IMG/VR virus record: IMGVR_UViG_3300025676_000048
Coordinates: 1-35,556 of that record
Direction: 5' to 3' (one strand)
Source of the DNA: a virus
Lineage: Duplodnaviria; Caudoviricetes
Length of the DNA stretch: 35,556 bases
The translations under genes were made by a program, and so were the position numbers. The notes beneath the pieces were generated by a model. The model searched no databases. It was not told where the DNA came from and saw only the letters and a program-made list of their open reading frames with translations. Shown here in pieces: positions 18,801 through 26,408 of the stretch; position 1 is the stretch's first letter, and each line of letters begins with the position of its first letter.

Positions 18801-19595
18801 TCATCTCGCTGTCCTCAGCGCCCGTGTTAGTGCTACCTTGAAGTTTCCCCTGAACCTAGACCGAACCACGCCACCAGCGATGTCATAGAAAGGAAACCGT
18901 TTCTCGTGCTTGGTCTGTGGCTCCCATGCCACCAGCATCTTGATCGTCTTGCCTCTGGTCTTACGCTGTGCTGTCCACGTTCCACCTGAGTCGTTGCCAC
19001 GTTGCCAGATACCGGCATCAGATTGGTTCCATCGCTGACCCCTTGGCACACCACTGAACGTGTTTGATTTATTCAGCAGCGTTGCTATCTGCTTGCGCCC
19101 CATGTTGCCATACTTGTTCTGCTTTACATTCACCGGTACTGCAACAGCTTTGCGTTCAGGCAGTCTTATCCCACCATCAACGACAAAGGTCATATACTTT
19201 GTACGGTCAGCCTCCGAACCTTTAAGCCCTGTTGTTCCAGCGACATACACAATAGCGTCAAGGTCACGCTTGGTTGCCCTCTTAACCCTAAAGCCTTTAA
19301 CCGTGAACGGTGTAGGCCTATCCATCTTCTTTGGAGCCTGTGCCATCAGTGCCGCCCTTGCCTGCCATGCCGTATCATTCAACGCCTTACTGGTTGCAAA
19401 TGGTAACTGTCTCAACTGAATATGATTTAAATACTGTGCGACTTCCTTGATGTTCGACTCAACACTAAGCGTCATATTGATGCGAGGCATCCTAACAGGC
19501 TTATCATCAAGCGCTCTTAACGCTGATGCTGCCCCATGTCGTGCCAGTGCAGCACCGCCAACTCTTGCCGCTATTCCAAGCAACTGAACTACCAT
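18801..19595 (-). CDS. gpZ-like (tail completion / neck-type) protein
   Basis: Q.PFA...ALN.TA, DRPTPFT and a C-terminal F..AL..AL.TAR. Basic protein. Confidence 0.6.
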   Translation of the reverse strand: MVVQLLGIAARVGGAALARHGAASALRALDDKPVRMPRINMTLSVESNIKEVAQYLNHIQLRQLPFATSKALNDTAWQARAALMAQAPKKMDRPTPFTVKGFRVKRATKRDLDAIVYVAGTTGLKGSEADRTKYMTFVVDGGIRLPERKAVAVPVNVKQNKYGNMGRKQIATLLNKSNTFSGVPRGQRWNQSDAGIWQRGNDSGGTWTAQRKTRGKTIKMLVAWEPQTKHEKRFPFYDIAGGVVRSRFRGNFKVALTRALRTAR

Positions 19596-19607
19596 ACTAC
19601 CTCCTTG

Positions 19608-19796
19608 TTATCGTTGGTGCTTTATCTCGACCAGGAACTCATCATCTGGTGCTATTTTGTACCTCTTACCACAGCAATGGCAAACCATTTGCATTGACGA
19701 ATACAGTCTGACAAATGATGTGTTACCGCACACACATCTTCCCTTGCGCTGTTCATGCGCCGGTTTGACCCATCGGTTTAACCACTCAATCATCAT
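19608..19796 (-). CDS. Small zinc-ribbon protein
   Basis: CxCG and CxCCG pairs. Start revised so that it overlaps the upstream stop. Confidence 0.55.
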   Translation of the reverse strand: MMIEWLNRWVKPAHEQRKGRCVCGNTSFVRLYSSMQMVCHCCGKRYKIAPDDEFLVEIKHQR

Positions 19797-20133
19797 TGAC
19801 CTCAACATCCTCATACTCTGGTGTTCCATGTGATTTAGGCATGTGTATCCTCATCAGTTCTTTGAGATAGAACTCAGCCTTACCCAAATTCTCATACTTA
19901 ACAAGGTTCTTCTGTTCTTCATCCATTTCTTTCGTGATCCCTTTGGAATCCCATCGCCATAAATACTTGAGTATGCTGAACATCAGCGCTCCTATGTACA
20001 TCGTTCTCGGTAGAAATGTACGCATGAGGTCAATGAACTCAATGCCCCCTTTTTTGTAATGTGCCGGTTCGTTAATGTTTTCCAGGACAGTATCGAAAGC
20101 GCTCTTTTTCCTCATTCTGACTGTATTACTCAT
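19786..20133 (-). CDS. DUF3310 (SaV-like) protein
   Basis: IN.P.HY..GGIE.ID, KYLWR...KG and L.KA.FYL motifs. Confidence 0.88.
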   Translation of the reverse strand: MSNTVRMRKKSAFDTVLENINEPAHYKKGGIEFIDLMRTFLPRTMYIGALMFSILKYLWRWDSKGITKEMDEEQKNLVKYENLGKAEFYLKELMRIHMPKSHGTPEYEDVEVNDD

Positions 20134-20432
20134 GATTGGTTATCTGCTGCTGAATGTCTTAATTGAAAGAAATCTTTGTGCTGTGGGTGTTGCTCTAGAA
20201 ATAACCTAGAATAAAACGGCTTGTAGTTATTATTAATCTTATAGTCATTGTCGGTGGTGATAACCTTAGTTTCCCATCTGATGCGGTTAATTATCATCTC
20301 AGCCGACAAACGGTCATGCCCTCTGTAAATCGCATCAAAAGTAAAACGCTCAAACATCTGGTACACCTCCGGGTTAGCCTCATGAAATACTTTAAACTGC
20401 TGCTCTTTCTTATGCTGCTCTGCTTTAGTCAT
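20130..20432 (-). CDS. Conserved phage hypothetical protein
   Basis: F..FH..NP.VY..F, I..RIRWE and YKINNN..PFYSRLF pattern. Translationally coupled. Confidence 0.7.
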   Translation of the reverse strand: MTKAEQHKKEQQFKVFHEANPEVYQMFERFTFDAIYRGHDRLSAEMIINRIRWETKVITTDNDYKINNNYKPFYSRLFLEQHPQHKDFFQLRHSAADNQS

Positions 20433-20550
20433 CCCATTCTACTCCCTCAAAAAAAGTACCATCCAACACCTGTATAACAGCCACCGCACCGGCCAACAAC
20501 AACAACCAGGGCAACAACATGAACGCAACCATCACCCGAATAACTGTCAT
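20425..20550 (-). CDS. 41-aa membrane microprotein (not in the ORF track)
   Basis: MTVIRVMVAFMLLPWLLLLAGAVAVIQVLDGTFFEGVEWDD. It has an ATGA overlap with rusA and overlaps the next start. Confidence 0.6.
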   Translation of the reverse strand: MTVIRVMVAFMLLPWLLLLAGAVAVIQVLDGTFFEGVEWDD

Positions 20551-20894
20551 AAAATCTTAATACTCCCCTGCTCGGCCCAGAACTTCTTAGAGTGAATGTC
20601 GTAGATATGACAATCCTCTTTCAACACCGCATCCATCACAGCCTTTAGCAAGTTATCGACATCTGGTTTCTGCTGATGGCCTTTACCTAACATCAGCGCT
20701 TTCTTCTTCTTGGACCAGCTTTTGGGCATTGGCATGAGGAAATGAATCTCAGCGCCATTCACCACGTTCACACCCTTTGCCCGGCACTCATCCGCAAATG
20801 CTCTATATCTCATTACGCAGGGTCTTTTCTTCCACCGATCGGCTTGAGTCTGTCTTGGCTTAGGCACTGGCGTTATGTCGAACTGCTCACTCAT
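20547..20894 (-). CDS. rusA: RusA-like Holliday junction resolvase
   Basis: P.PKPR, PMPKSWSKKKK and KPDVDNLLKAVMDA...ED motifs. Start revised to 20894. Confidence 0.9.
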   Translation of the reverse strand: MSEQFDITPVPKPRQTQADRWKKRPCVMRYRAFADECRAKGVNVVNGAEIHFLMPMPKSWSKKKKALMLGKGHQQKPDVDNLLKAVMDAVLKEDCHIYDIHSKKFWAEQGSIKIL

Positions 20895-21048
20895 CGGCAA
20901 TGGTGGCCGTGTAACCGCAGAACTTCGCAACATCATCGACACGCTTAGTGAGCGCTTTCATCTGCCTGTTGATCTCATCCGCTTGTCCGATCAATGTTTC
21001 CAATAATTCGACAAGAGTCATGTCCTGTTCTTTTTCTCGCGTTGTCAT
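20887..21048 (-). CDS. 53-aa coiled-coil hypothetical protein (not in the ORF track)
   Basis: MTTREKEQDMTLVELLETLIGQADEINRQMKALTKRVDDVAKFCGYTATIADE exactly fills the gap between the methyltransferase and rusA. Confidence 0.65.
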   Translation of the reverse strand: MTTREKEQDMTLVELLETLIGQADEINRQMKALTKRVDDVAKFCGYTATIADE

Positions 21049-22365
21049 CTATCTTCCTGTTTCATTAATATCAATCACATCCATTGTTGCCCTAATAAAT
21101 TCCTCTGCCACTGGTGCTACGATTGCGTTGCCGTAGCCTTTGAGTCTGATAGTCCTCGCTTCAGCGCTTGCGTTTGGCGTAATGACTGAATCGCAGCTAT
21201 GCACCACGCCTCTGGCAATCCCATCAACCAACGGCTTAATGCCGGATTTAATTGGCCTGTACTTTTGGTCGCGGCAGTAGAGCCATTCAATATCATCCCA
21301 ACCTGATGCGGTAGGTGCATCTGCCTCCCATTCTTCTCGTTGTTGAGCGAGTTCTGTGGGCTGTGCCTCAAGTCCTGTACTTTCGGTGTTGCCCACCCTG
21401 CTATCTGTGCTTGACTCTGCTCCTGATCTCCGGCCATCCATGCCGCTGTCGCTAACGGATTGCCGCTGTTCACTCCGCGTGGATTGTTCGGATTCTTGTC
21501 CGGCCCCCCTTTGGGCATCGTTGGTGTTGGCCATCCGGCTATGCTCGCTATTGCTCCGATGCCGTTCTGCCTGTCCTCCCGGTAACGGTTGCAGTCCTTG
21601 TTCGCATTGTTCGCCATTGGTGTTGGCCATCCGGTCAGAAAAGCCTGTGTTGAGGTTGAGTCGTTCCTGATTCTGCCTGTCGGACTCCCGAATATGTAGT
21701 TCTCCAGGTTCCCTGTGTTTTTGTAATCTCGCGTTGTCGGTGTTGCCCACCCCGATACCATCGTCACGGCCTGACTCAAATCCTCCGGCTTCATGTTTCT
21801 CCGCTTCAACTCCCTCTCCGCACCCTCTGGAGTCCGGTTGTTCTTTCCCCCATCTCCGTGTCTTGGAGTGGGCCACCCAATAGATTCTTTTCCTGATGTG
21901 CGGTTTGCTGACGCTGTGTGCGCCAATAATTGCCGACCCGATGGTGTAGTCTTGGTTTTCCATTTCTGTGTATAAATCATCGAGCCATCCGTGCTTAATC
22001 GCTCCCTCAACCTGTTCCCCAAAGATTGTGTGAAAGCTGCACTGTCCGACCAATTCGAGGAAATGGGGGAGAAGATGTCGATCGTCTGATTGTCCTTTTT
22101 GATTTCCGGCTGCACTGAATGGTTGACACGGCAATGAAGCAGTTGCGACAGGTCGATCATCGCCCCATCCGGCATTTCTAAGTGCGTAACTCCAGACTCC
22201 AATTCCGGCAAAGAAATGGTGCTGAGTAAATCCATTAAGGTCATCTGCTTGGACCTCGGTAATTGATCGTTCATCAACCACGCCATCGGCAATATCTCCA
22301 TTAATTATCAGTTGTCGCAACCATGCTGCTGCTTTTGGATCAAATTCATTGTAATAAACTGTCAT
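21049..22365 (-). CDS. C5 cytosine DNA methyltransferase, alpha-type subunit
   Basis: HFFAGIG (I), PCQPFS (IV), GEQV (VI), PHIRKRIYWVA (VIII) and LKGYGNAIV (X). No recognisable motif IX. Confidence 0.93.
   Translation of the reverse strand: MTVYYNEFDPKAAAWLRQLIINGDIADGVVDERSITEVQADDLNGFTQHHFFAGIGVWSYALRNAGWGDDRPVATASLPCQPFSAAGNQKGQSDDRHLLPHFLELVGQCSFHTIFGEQVEGAIKHGWLDDLYTEMENQDYTIGSAIIGAHSVSKPHIRKRIYWVAHSKTRRWGKEQPDSRGCGEGVEAEKHEAGGFESGRDDGIGVGNTDNARLQKHREPGELHIRESDRQNQERLNLNTGFSDRMANTNGEQCEQGLQPLPGGQAERHRSNSEHSRMANTNDAQRGAGQESEQSTRSEQRQSVSDSGMDGRRSGAESSTDSRVGNTESTGLEAQPTELAQQREEWEADAPTASGWDDIEWLYCRDQKYRPIKSGIKPLVDGIARGVVHSCDSVITPNASAEARTIRLKGYGNAIVAPVAEEFIRATMDVIDINETGR
21117..22301 (-). 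CDS. Nested +1-frame gene, putative methyltransferase beta subunit with five W(P/A)TP modules and motif IX
   Basis: A 394-codon stop-free frame inside the methyltransferase gene. It has five GW(P/A)TP repeats and C-terminal GQLNPALSRWLMGLPEAW. The true start is uncertain. Confidence 0.8.
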   Translation of the reverse strand: MEILPMAWLMNDQLPRSKQMTLMDLLSTISLPELESGVTHLEMPDGAMIDLSQLLHCRVNHSVQPEIKKDNQTIDIFSPISSNWSDSAAFTQSLGNRLRERLSTDGSMIYTQKWKTKTTPSGRQLLAHTASANRTSGKESIGWPTPRHGDGGKNNRTPEGAERELKRRNMKPEDLSQAVTMVSGWATPTTRDYKNTGNLENYIFGSPTGRIRNDSTSTQAFLTGWPTPMANNANKDCNRYREDRQNGIGAIASIAGWPTPTMPKGGPDKNPNNPRGVNSGNPLATAAWMAGDQEQSQAQIAGWATPKVQDLRHSPQNSLNNEKNGRQMHLPHQVGMILNGSTAATKSTGQLNPALSRWLMGLPEAWCIAAIQSLRQTQALKRGLSDSKATATQS

Positions 22366-22556
22366 TCTGGATTACTTTCAAAACTGGCCCACTCCCCACA
22401 ATCCGCACACAACCCGACAGATTCATGCACATTCCCCCCTTTGGGTTCCGCACCACAGCAATTACTGACCGGGCGAATGTTGTCATCATCCATTAGCAGA
22501 ATGCCGTATGACTTCATCTCGTCTTTCTCGTCTTTTTCTCGGCTCATCTTGTTCAC
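22362..22556 (-). CDS. Small zinc-ribbon protein
   Basis: SNCCGA...LCADCGEW. Overlaps both neighbours by 4 nt. Confidence 0.7.
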   Translation of the reverse strand: MNKMSREKDEKDEMKSYGILLMDDDNIRPVSNCCGAEPKGGNVHESVGLCADCGEWASFESNPE

Positions 22557-23095
22557 CCATGCACCAATTTCAAGTGCTTGTCATTCGGCCCCGGAAGATT
22601 GTCAGACAATGGCGCTGTTAGTGCGATGTTGTATTTATTCATCAACTCTTTTTGACTCTTGCTGTACCCATTAGCCAAAACATCGGCAACAATGTCATCA
22701 AAAGCCAATAGGTAATTGGTCGCTTGAGCATTGAGATAAAACGAGTCCTGGTTGTTTAAATCGTAATGACCTATCTTTGCCCGAAACATCACCCCCAATG
22801 GTGTACTGGCACTCTGCGCTTGTGCCACCAATGCACTAGCTGTGGGTGCTTCAAGTTTGGATGACTGTGAGCCTATGCCTATCTCACGCAAAATATCTGT
22901 AATTGCTGCTGGCGTTGGCCGCCATTGTGATCGAGTGGCGTTTATCTTCAACGCTTGCATCACATCTTTGAGTGAGTATTCCAGCAACGCATCAAAGCAG
23001 ATAACCATCACATCTTCTTCAACAGCCTTGCCGGTCACCATTTTGCTGTAGACATTCCACCCATCAGCGAAATCTTCAAAGTCTTTGTCTTTCAT
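22553..23095 (-). CDS. Replication P-position protein (helicase loader / inhibitor-like)
   Basis: Follows the initiator gene. F.AL.EY....V..AL........W.PTPA.I N-terminal pattern. Confidence 0.65.
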   Translation of the reverse strand: MKDKDFEDFADGWNVYSKMVTGKAVEEDVMVICFDALLEYSLKDVMQALKINATRSQWRPTPAAITDILREIGIGSQSSKLEAPTASALVAQAQSASTPLGVMFRAKIGHYDLNNQDSFYLNAQATNYLLAFDDIVADVLANGYSKSQKELMNKYNIALTAPLSDNLPGPNDKHLKLVHG

Positions 23096-23811
23096 GTCGT
23101 ACCCCCTATGGTTCGATCAACAACAACGCCCTCAATTACACTGTCCTCTGTACCGAGGAACTTGCGTTTCAACTGGTATTTGCCTTGTGGTGCTTGCGAT
23201 AGCTTAATTGGCTGCATATCATCTTCCCAACGATCACCGTTGAGGTAGGTCTGTGGGTTAGGCACATAAACACCACCATCCTCGATCCATTTGCCGTCAT
23301 TGAGTAATCTTGCTTCAATGTCCGACACAATCATTTCGCCAATGTCATCCAACTCTCTGCGTTCCCAAATTGCAGCACATTTCTTGCGCTCCCTTTTCTT
23401 CGGGTAGACAGACCAGAAATCATCAAACGATGTAATATTACTATCAGTCTTATTACTATCAGTCTTGTTAATATTCAGTCTTATTAAGGGCGTCGGTTTC
23501 CCACTTGTGGGTTTTCCACTTGTGGGTTTTGCACTTGTGGGTTTCCGACCAGTGGTTGATTCCTCTAGCTTTCCGACTGTTATCGTTGTTCCGTCTGATG
23601 TTTTGGTGGTGATATACAGGCCTATTTGCTTCAATTCATTGGTCGCAGAGCGCCATTTATGACTGCCGATCCCTAGCGTTTTGCGTATCTCTGCCGAGCG
23701 AAATACCCAATCTTTACGCTTACTACTCATGTACACAAAGATACCAAGAGCATCCATTGACAGGCCCAATTCAAACCAACTGTGATAAACCTTGGTGTAT
23801 CCCTTAGACAT
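23092..23811 (-). CDS. Replication initiator (O-like)
   Basis: N-terminal wHTH-like segment, internal iteron-encoded KPTS repeats, and FDDFW.VYPKK and PNPQTYLNGDRWED motifs. Confidence 0.88.
   Translation of the reverse strand: MSKGYTKVYHSWFELGLSMDALGIFVYMSSKRKDWVFRSAEIRKTLGIGSHKWRSATNELKQIGLYITTKTSDGTTITVGKLEESTTGRKPTSAKPTSGKPTSGKPTPLIRLNINKTDSNKTDSNITSFDDFWSVYPKKRERKKCAAIWERRELDDIGEMIVSDIEARLLNDGKWIEDGGVYVPNPQTYLNGDRWEDDMQPIKLSQAPQGKYQLKRKFLGTEDSVIEGVVVDRTIGGTT
23438..23554. repeat. Putative replication origin: iterons plus AT-rich repeats
   Basis: Four tandem 15-mers resembling GGTTTTCCACTTGTG at 23495, 23510, 23525 and 23540. Adjacent AT-rich TTACTATCAGTCTT repeats at 23438-23486. Confidence 0.8.
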
Positions 23812-23813
23812 CC

Positions 23814-24017
23814 CTAATCGCCCCTATCCGTCTTGTTGCAACTTGGCATATCAATGCCTAATCTGTGGCTGTGTCCAAACAAGTGAGTGAGAGCAACATG
23901 ATGCAAATAATCCGCAATCGTCCTATCATCCAACGCAGCCAGTTTAGACAACGCAAGATACTCAGAATCAGTGAATCGAGATTTCACCTCATGAACTCTT
24001 TTCTCATCTCCAACCAT
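23814..24017 (-). CDS. CII-position regulator (ribbon-helix-helix-like)
   Basis: GAGG lies upstream of the ATG at 24017. KRVHEVKSRFTDSEY.AL..LA......ADYL pattern. Downstream of cro. Confidence 0.6.
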   Translation of the reverse strand: MVGDEKRVHEVKSRFTDSEYLALSKLAALDDRTIADYLHHVALTHLFGHSHRLGIDMPSCNKTDRGD

Positions 24018-24057
24018 TTGCCACCTCATCAGTTCGATCTGTTCGTTGAATTTGCCC

Positions 24058-24083
24058 AAAAAGAACCCCCTGTGACGGGGGTT
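24058..24083 (-). terminator. Intrinsic terminator after cro (tR1-like)
   Basis: Minus strand AACCCCC-GTCACA-GGGGGTT followed by CTTTTT. Confidence 0.7.
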
Positions 24084-24096
24084 AAAGGGCGCTTGC

Positions 24097-24294
24097 TCAA
24101 CCATAAATGTCAGGACGCAAATCCTTGCGAGATATGCGACCAGATGTAATGCTTTCTATTTCTCGTGCTGTGGCAAATGAAACTTTGCGTCTGCCTTTTC
24201 TGATGTGTGAAATCATCTGGACCGACATACCCAGCTTGTTGGCTGCCTCTAGGCTGCTACCGCACGAATCAATAAATTCCAAGAATTTTTCCAT
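24097..24294 (-). CDS. cro: Cro-like repressor
   Basis: HTH (AANKLGMSVQMISHIRKGRR) and IE..T.G.ISR.DLRPDIYG. Divergent from cI. Confidence 0.9.
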   Translation of the reverse strand: MEKFLEFIDSCGSSLEAANKLGMSVQMISHIRKGRRKVSFATAREIESITSGRISRKDLRPDIYG

Positions 24295-24302
24295 AGACTT
24301 AA

Positions 24303-24354
24303 TTATACACTATGGATAATTACCGGGCAACATATAATTATACATCAAGTATAA
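24303..24354. promoter_or_regulatory. Right operator pair (OR-like)
   Basis: TTATACACTATGGATAA at 24303 and TTATACATCAAGTATAA at 24338, both near-palindromic 17-mers. Confidence 0.8.
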
Positions 24355-24386
24355 CCAATAATATGAGGTTCTCTCATACTATAGAG

Positions 24387-24701
24387 ATGCCTCCTATTGA
24401 CCCTCTATGGATAACAAAAACGCGCAAACTGATGCGTGATCGTAAATTAACCCAACTCCAAGTCGCTGACCGTCTGGGTGTGACTGTGGGAGGTTTTTCT
24501 CACTGGATGACAGGGATACGGGAGCCGAGATACGACACAATCAAAGAAATAGCAACCATATTGAAGGTTCCTGTTACCGAGCTACTTGTGGAACAAGACA
24601 ATGATGAGGCCGAAATCATTGTTCTTTTTCGTTCACTGTCGCATGAAGATCAACAGACAGTCACCTCCCTCATGCAGTCACTCTCCAGCAAGTCAAAATA
24701 G
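24387..24701 (+). CDS. cI: CI-like XRE repressor (no peptidase domain)
   Basis: LTQLQVADRLGVT....SHW.TG.REP....I..IA..L.V. The start is likely 24387 or 24363, because 24312 lies within an operator. Confidence 0.88.
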   Translation: MPPIDPLWITKTRKLMRDRKLTQLQVADRLGVTVGGFSHWMTGIREPRYDTIKEIATILKVPVTELLVEQDNDEAEIIVLFRSLSHEDQQTVTSLMQSLSSKSK

Positions 24702-24737
24702 ACAATCTTTGTAATCCAATACTTACCTCCTCCCCGA

Positions 24738-24798
24738 TTATACATAATGGATAATAAAAAAAGATAACCTTTGCATATCGGTTATACATAGTGTATAT
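24738..24798. promoter_or_regulatory. Left operator pair (OL-like)
   Basis: TTATACATAATGGATAA at 24738 and TTATACATAGTGTATAT at 24782, upstream of the early operon. Confidence 0.8.
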
Positions 24799-24829
24799 TT
24801 AAGGTGAACCAAACGAAAAGGCAAAGACG

Positions 24830-24976
24830 ATGACCGATTACAAAAACTGCACATCAAGACCAATTCAGCAGCCACAACCAGCCGAATCATGGCTGGAATC
24901 TGTGTTAACTGGTATCGCATTCCTTGCTTGTTTGGCAGCATCCTGGGCAGTCCTTGCCCTTGTATCTTTTAACTAA
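24830..24976 (+). CDS. 48-aa membrane microprotein (not in the ORF track)
   Basis: MTDYKNCTSRPIQQPQPAESWLESVLTGIAFLACLAASWAVLALVSFN, the first ORF after OL. Confidence 0.6.
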   Translation: MTDYKNCTSRPIQQPQPAESWLESVLTGIAFLACLAASWAVLALVSFN

Positions 24977-24987
24977 CGGAGAGATTC

Positions 24988-25161
24988 ATGACCACACTTC
25001 AAGAACTTCAACTCGATGAAGAACAACGCATCGAGGACATCAAACAAGGCCGTGACGATGCCATTAGTGGTAAACCGGCATCAGAGGGTTCCGATGAGTA
25101 TTTATTCGCTTATGCGGATGAACACCTAAGTGCAGCACTTAACCTATTAGGGGGTGAGTAA
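24988..25161 (+). CDS. 57-aa acidic hypothetical protein (not in the ORF track)
   Basis: GGAG RBS. Reads MTTLQELQLDEEQRIEDIKQGRDDA... and has a TAATG overlap with the next gene. Confidence 0.65.
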   Translation: MTTLQELQLDEEQRIEDIKQGRDDAISGKPASEGSDEYLFAYADEHLSAALNLLGGE

Positions 25162-25442
25162 TGAATCCATATAGTGATTACGCAACTGATGAGCAGCGTG
25201 ATGGGGTTTGCAAAGCAACCAATCAACACATTGCTATCGACCAAGTAGAGTTCGCAAAGGTTATGGATCGGGTACGCAACAAAGCAGACGATGAGGCAGC
25301 ACAAAAGATTGAGGCCAAGCAAGAACTCTTAGAGAACTTGGAAGAAATACTGCTCAATCTGTCATTCAACCGAGAGGCATCACCGCATCTATATGAGGCA
25401 GTTGAAGAAGAACGTGACACGCTGAAAAAGGAACTCGCATGA
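25161..25442 (+). CDS. Hypothetical protein
   Basis: Coupled on both sides within the early operon. Confidence 0.7.
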   Translation: MNPYSDYATDEQRDGVCKATNQHIAIDQVEFAKVMDRVRNKADDEAAQKIEAKQELLENLEEILLNLSFNREASPHLYEAVEEERDTLKKELA

Positions 25443-26098
25443 ACATCAGACAAAAACTAAGCATTGTGCAACGGAACCTGGTTGCTAATAAAGGCCAGAT
25501 CAATGACTTCGCTAAAGGCAAATACAGTTATCGCTCATGTGAGGACATCCTTGAGGCATTAAAGCCTCACCTGGATGGCTGCACCGTTACGCTATCCGAT
25601 GAAATGGTGATGGTGGGTGATCGTATATACGTCAAATCTACCGCAACCTTTGCCGATGAATCCCATGCCATTGATGTCACAGCATTTGCGCGTGAACCGG
25701 AAAGTCGCAAAGGCATGGATGATGCCCAACTTACAGGGGCAACCAGTTCATACGCTCGCAAGTACGCCCTTAATGGCTTGTTTGGCATTGATGATGTCAA
25801 GGATGCCGACACAATGGACAACCGCAAATACGAAACGCTCAAGGCCAGAGTTGGGTCAGTAGAGGAATCTGCCGATGCCATGATTGAGTTACTTAGTGAT
25901 CCTGACCTTAGTGACGATGAGCGAAACTCATCCATTCATGAGATATGGTCGGAGTTGACTTCCGATGAAATGATTGTGATATGGAGAGCCAAAAATAAGG
26001 GTGGCTATTTCACCCAAGCAGAAAAGGATATTTTGCGTCCACTTTGCAGATCAACAGCCAAATCAAATTCAACCACAGATAAGGAAAAAGCAGCATGA
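25439..26098 (+). CDS. erf: ERF-family ssDNA annealing protein
   Basis: YSYRSCEDILEA.KP and KGMD.AQ.TGA.SSYARKYALNGLF.IDD.KD.D motifs. Confidence 0.93.
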   Translation: MNIRQKLSIVQRNLVANKGQINDFAKGKYSYRSCEDILEALKPHLDGCTVTLSDEMVMVGDRIYVKSTATFADESHAIDVTAFAREPESRKGMDDAQLTGATSSYARKYALNGLFGIDDVKDADTMDNRKYETLKARVGSVEESADAMIELLSDPDLSDDERNSSIHEIWSELTSDEMIVIWRAKNKGGYFTQAEKDILRPLCRSTAKSNSTTDKEKAA

Positions 26099-26400
26099 GC
26101 AAAATAGGCATAAATATTAGCATTGATGTCAGCAAGATCGACAAAGCAAGGCTATTCAAAGGTAAGAAAGGTACATACATGGACCTGACTACTTTCATTG
26201 ATCCAGAGAAACCAGATCAGTACGATCAGCATGGTTTTATCTGCCAATCCACTTCCAAAGATGAGCGTGAAAAAGATGTTAAAACGCCCATCCTGGGCAA
26301 CTGCAAAGTGTTTTTTACTGAGGGGGGTAGCACTGCTACTGCTGTTGGTGATGCACCAGCAATGGGTAATGCTGCATTTGATGACGATATTCCGTTCTAG
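26095..26400 (+). CDS. Phage single-stranded DNA-binding protein
   Basis: Follows ERF. IDV.KIDK..L..G.KG.Y and TPILGN motifs, with an acidic DDDIPF tail. Confidence 0.8.
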   Translation: MSKIGINISIDVSKIDKARLFKGKKGTYMDLTTFIDPEKPDQYDQHGFICQSTSKDEREKDVKTPILGNCKVFFTEGGSTATAVGDAPAMGNAAFDDDIPF

Positions 26401-26408
26401 AGGTCACA

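Noticed and set aside
21383-21878. CRISPR-like mini-array (repeats with unique spacers)
   Set aside because: The repeats are short and degenerate, the spacers are about 80-120 nt and all frame-preserving within two ORFs, and no cas genes are present. Coding cassettes explain it better.
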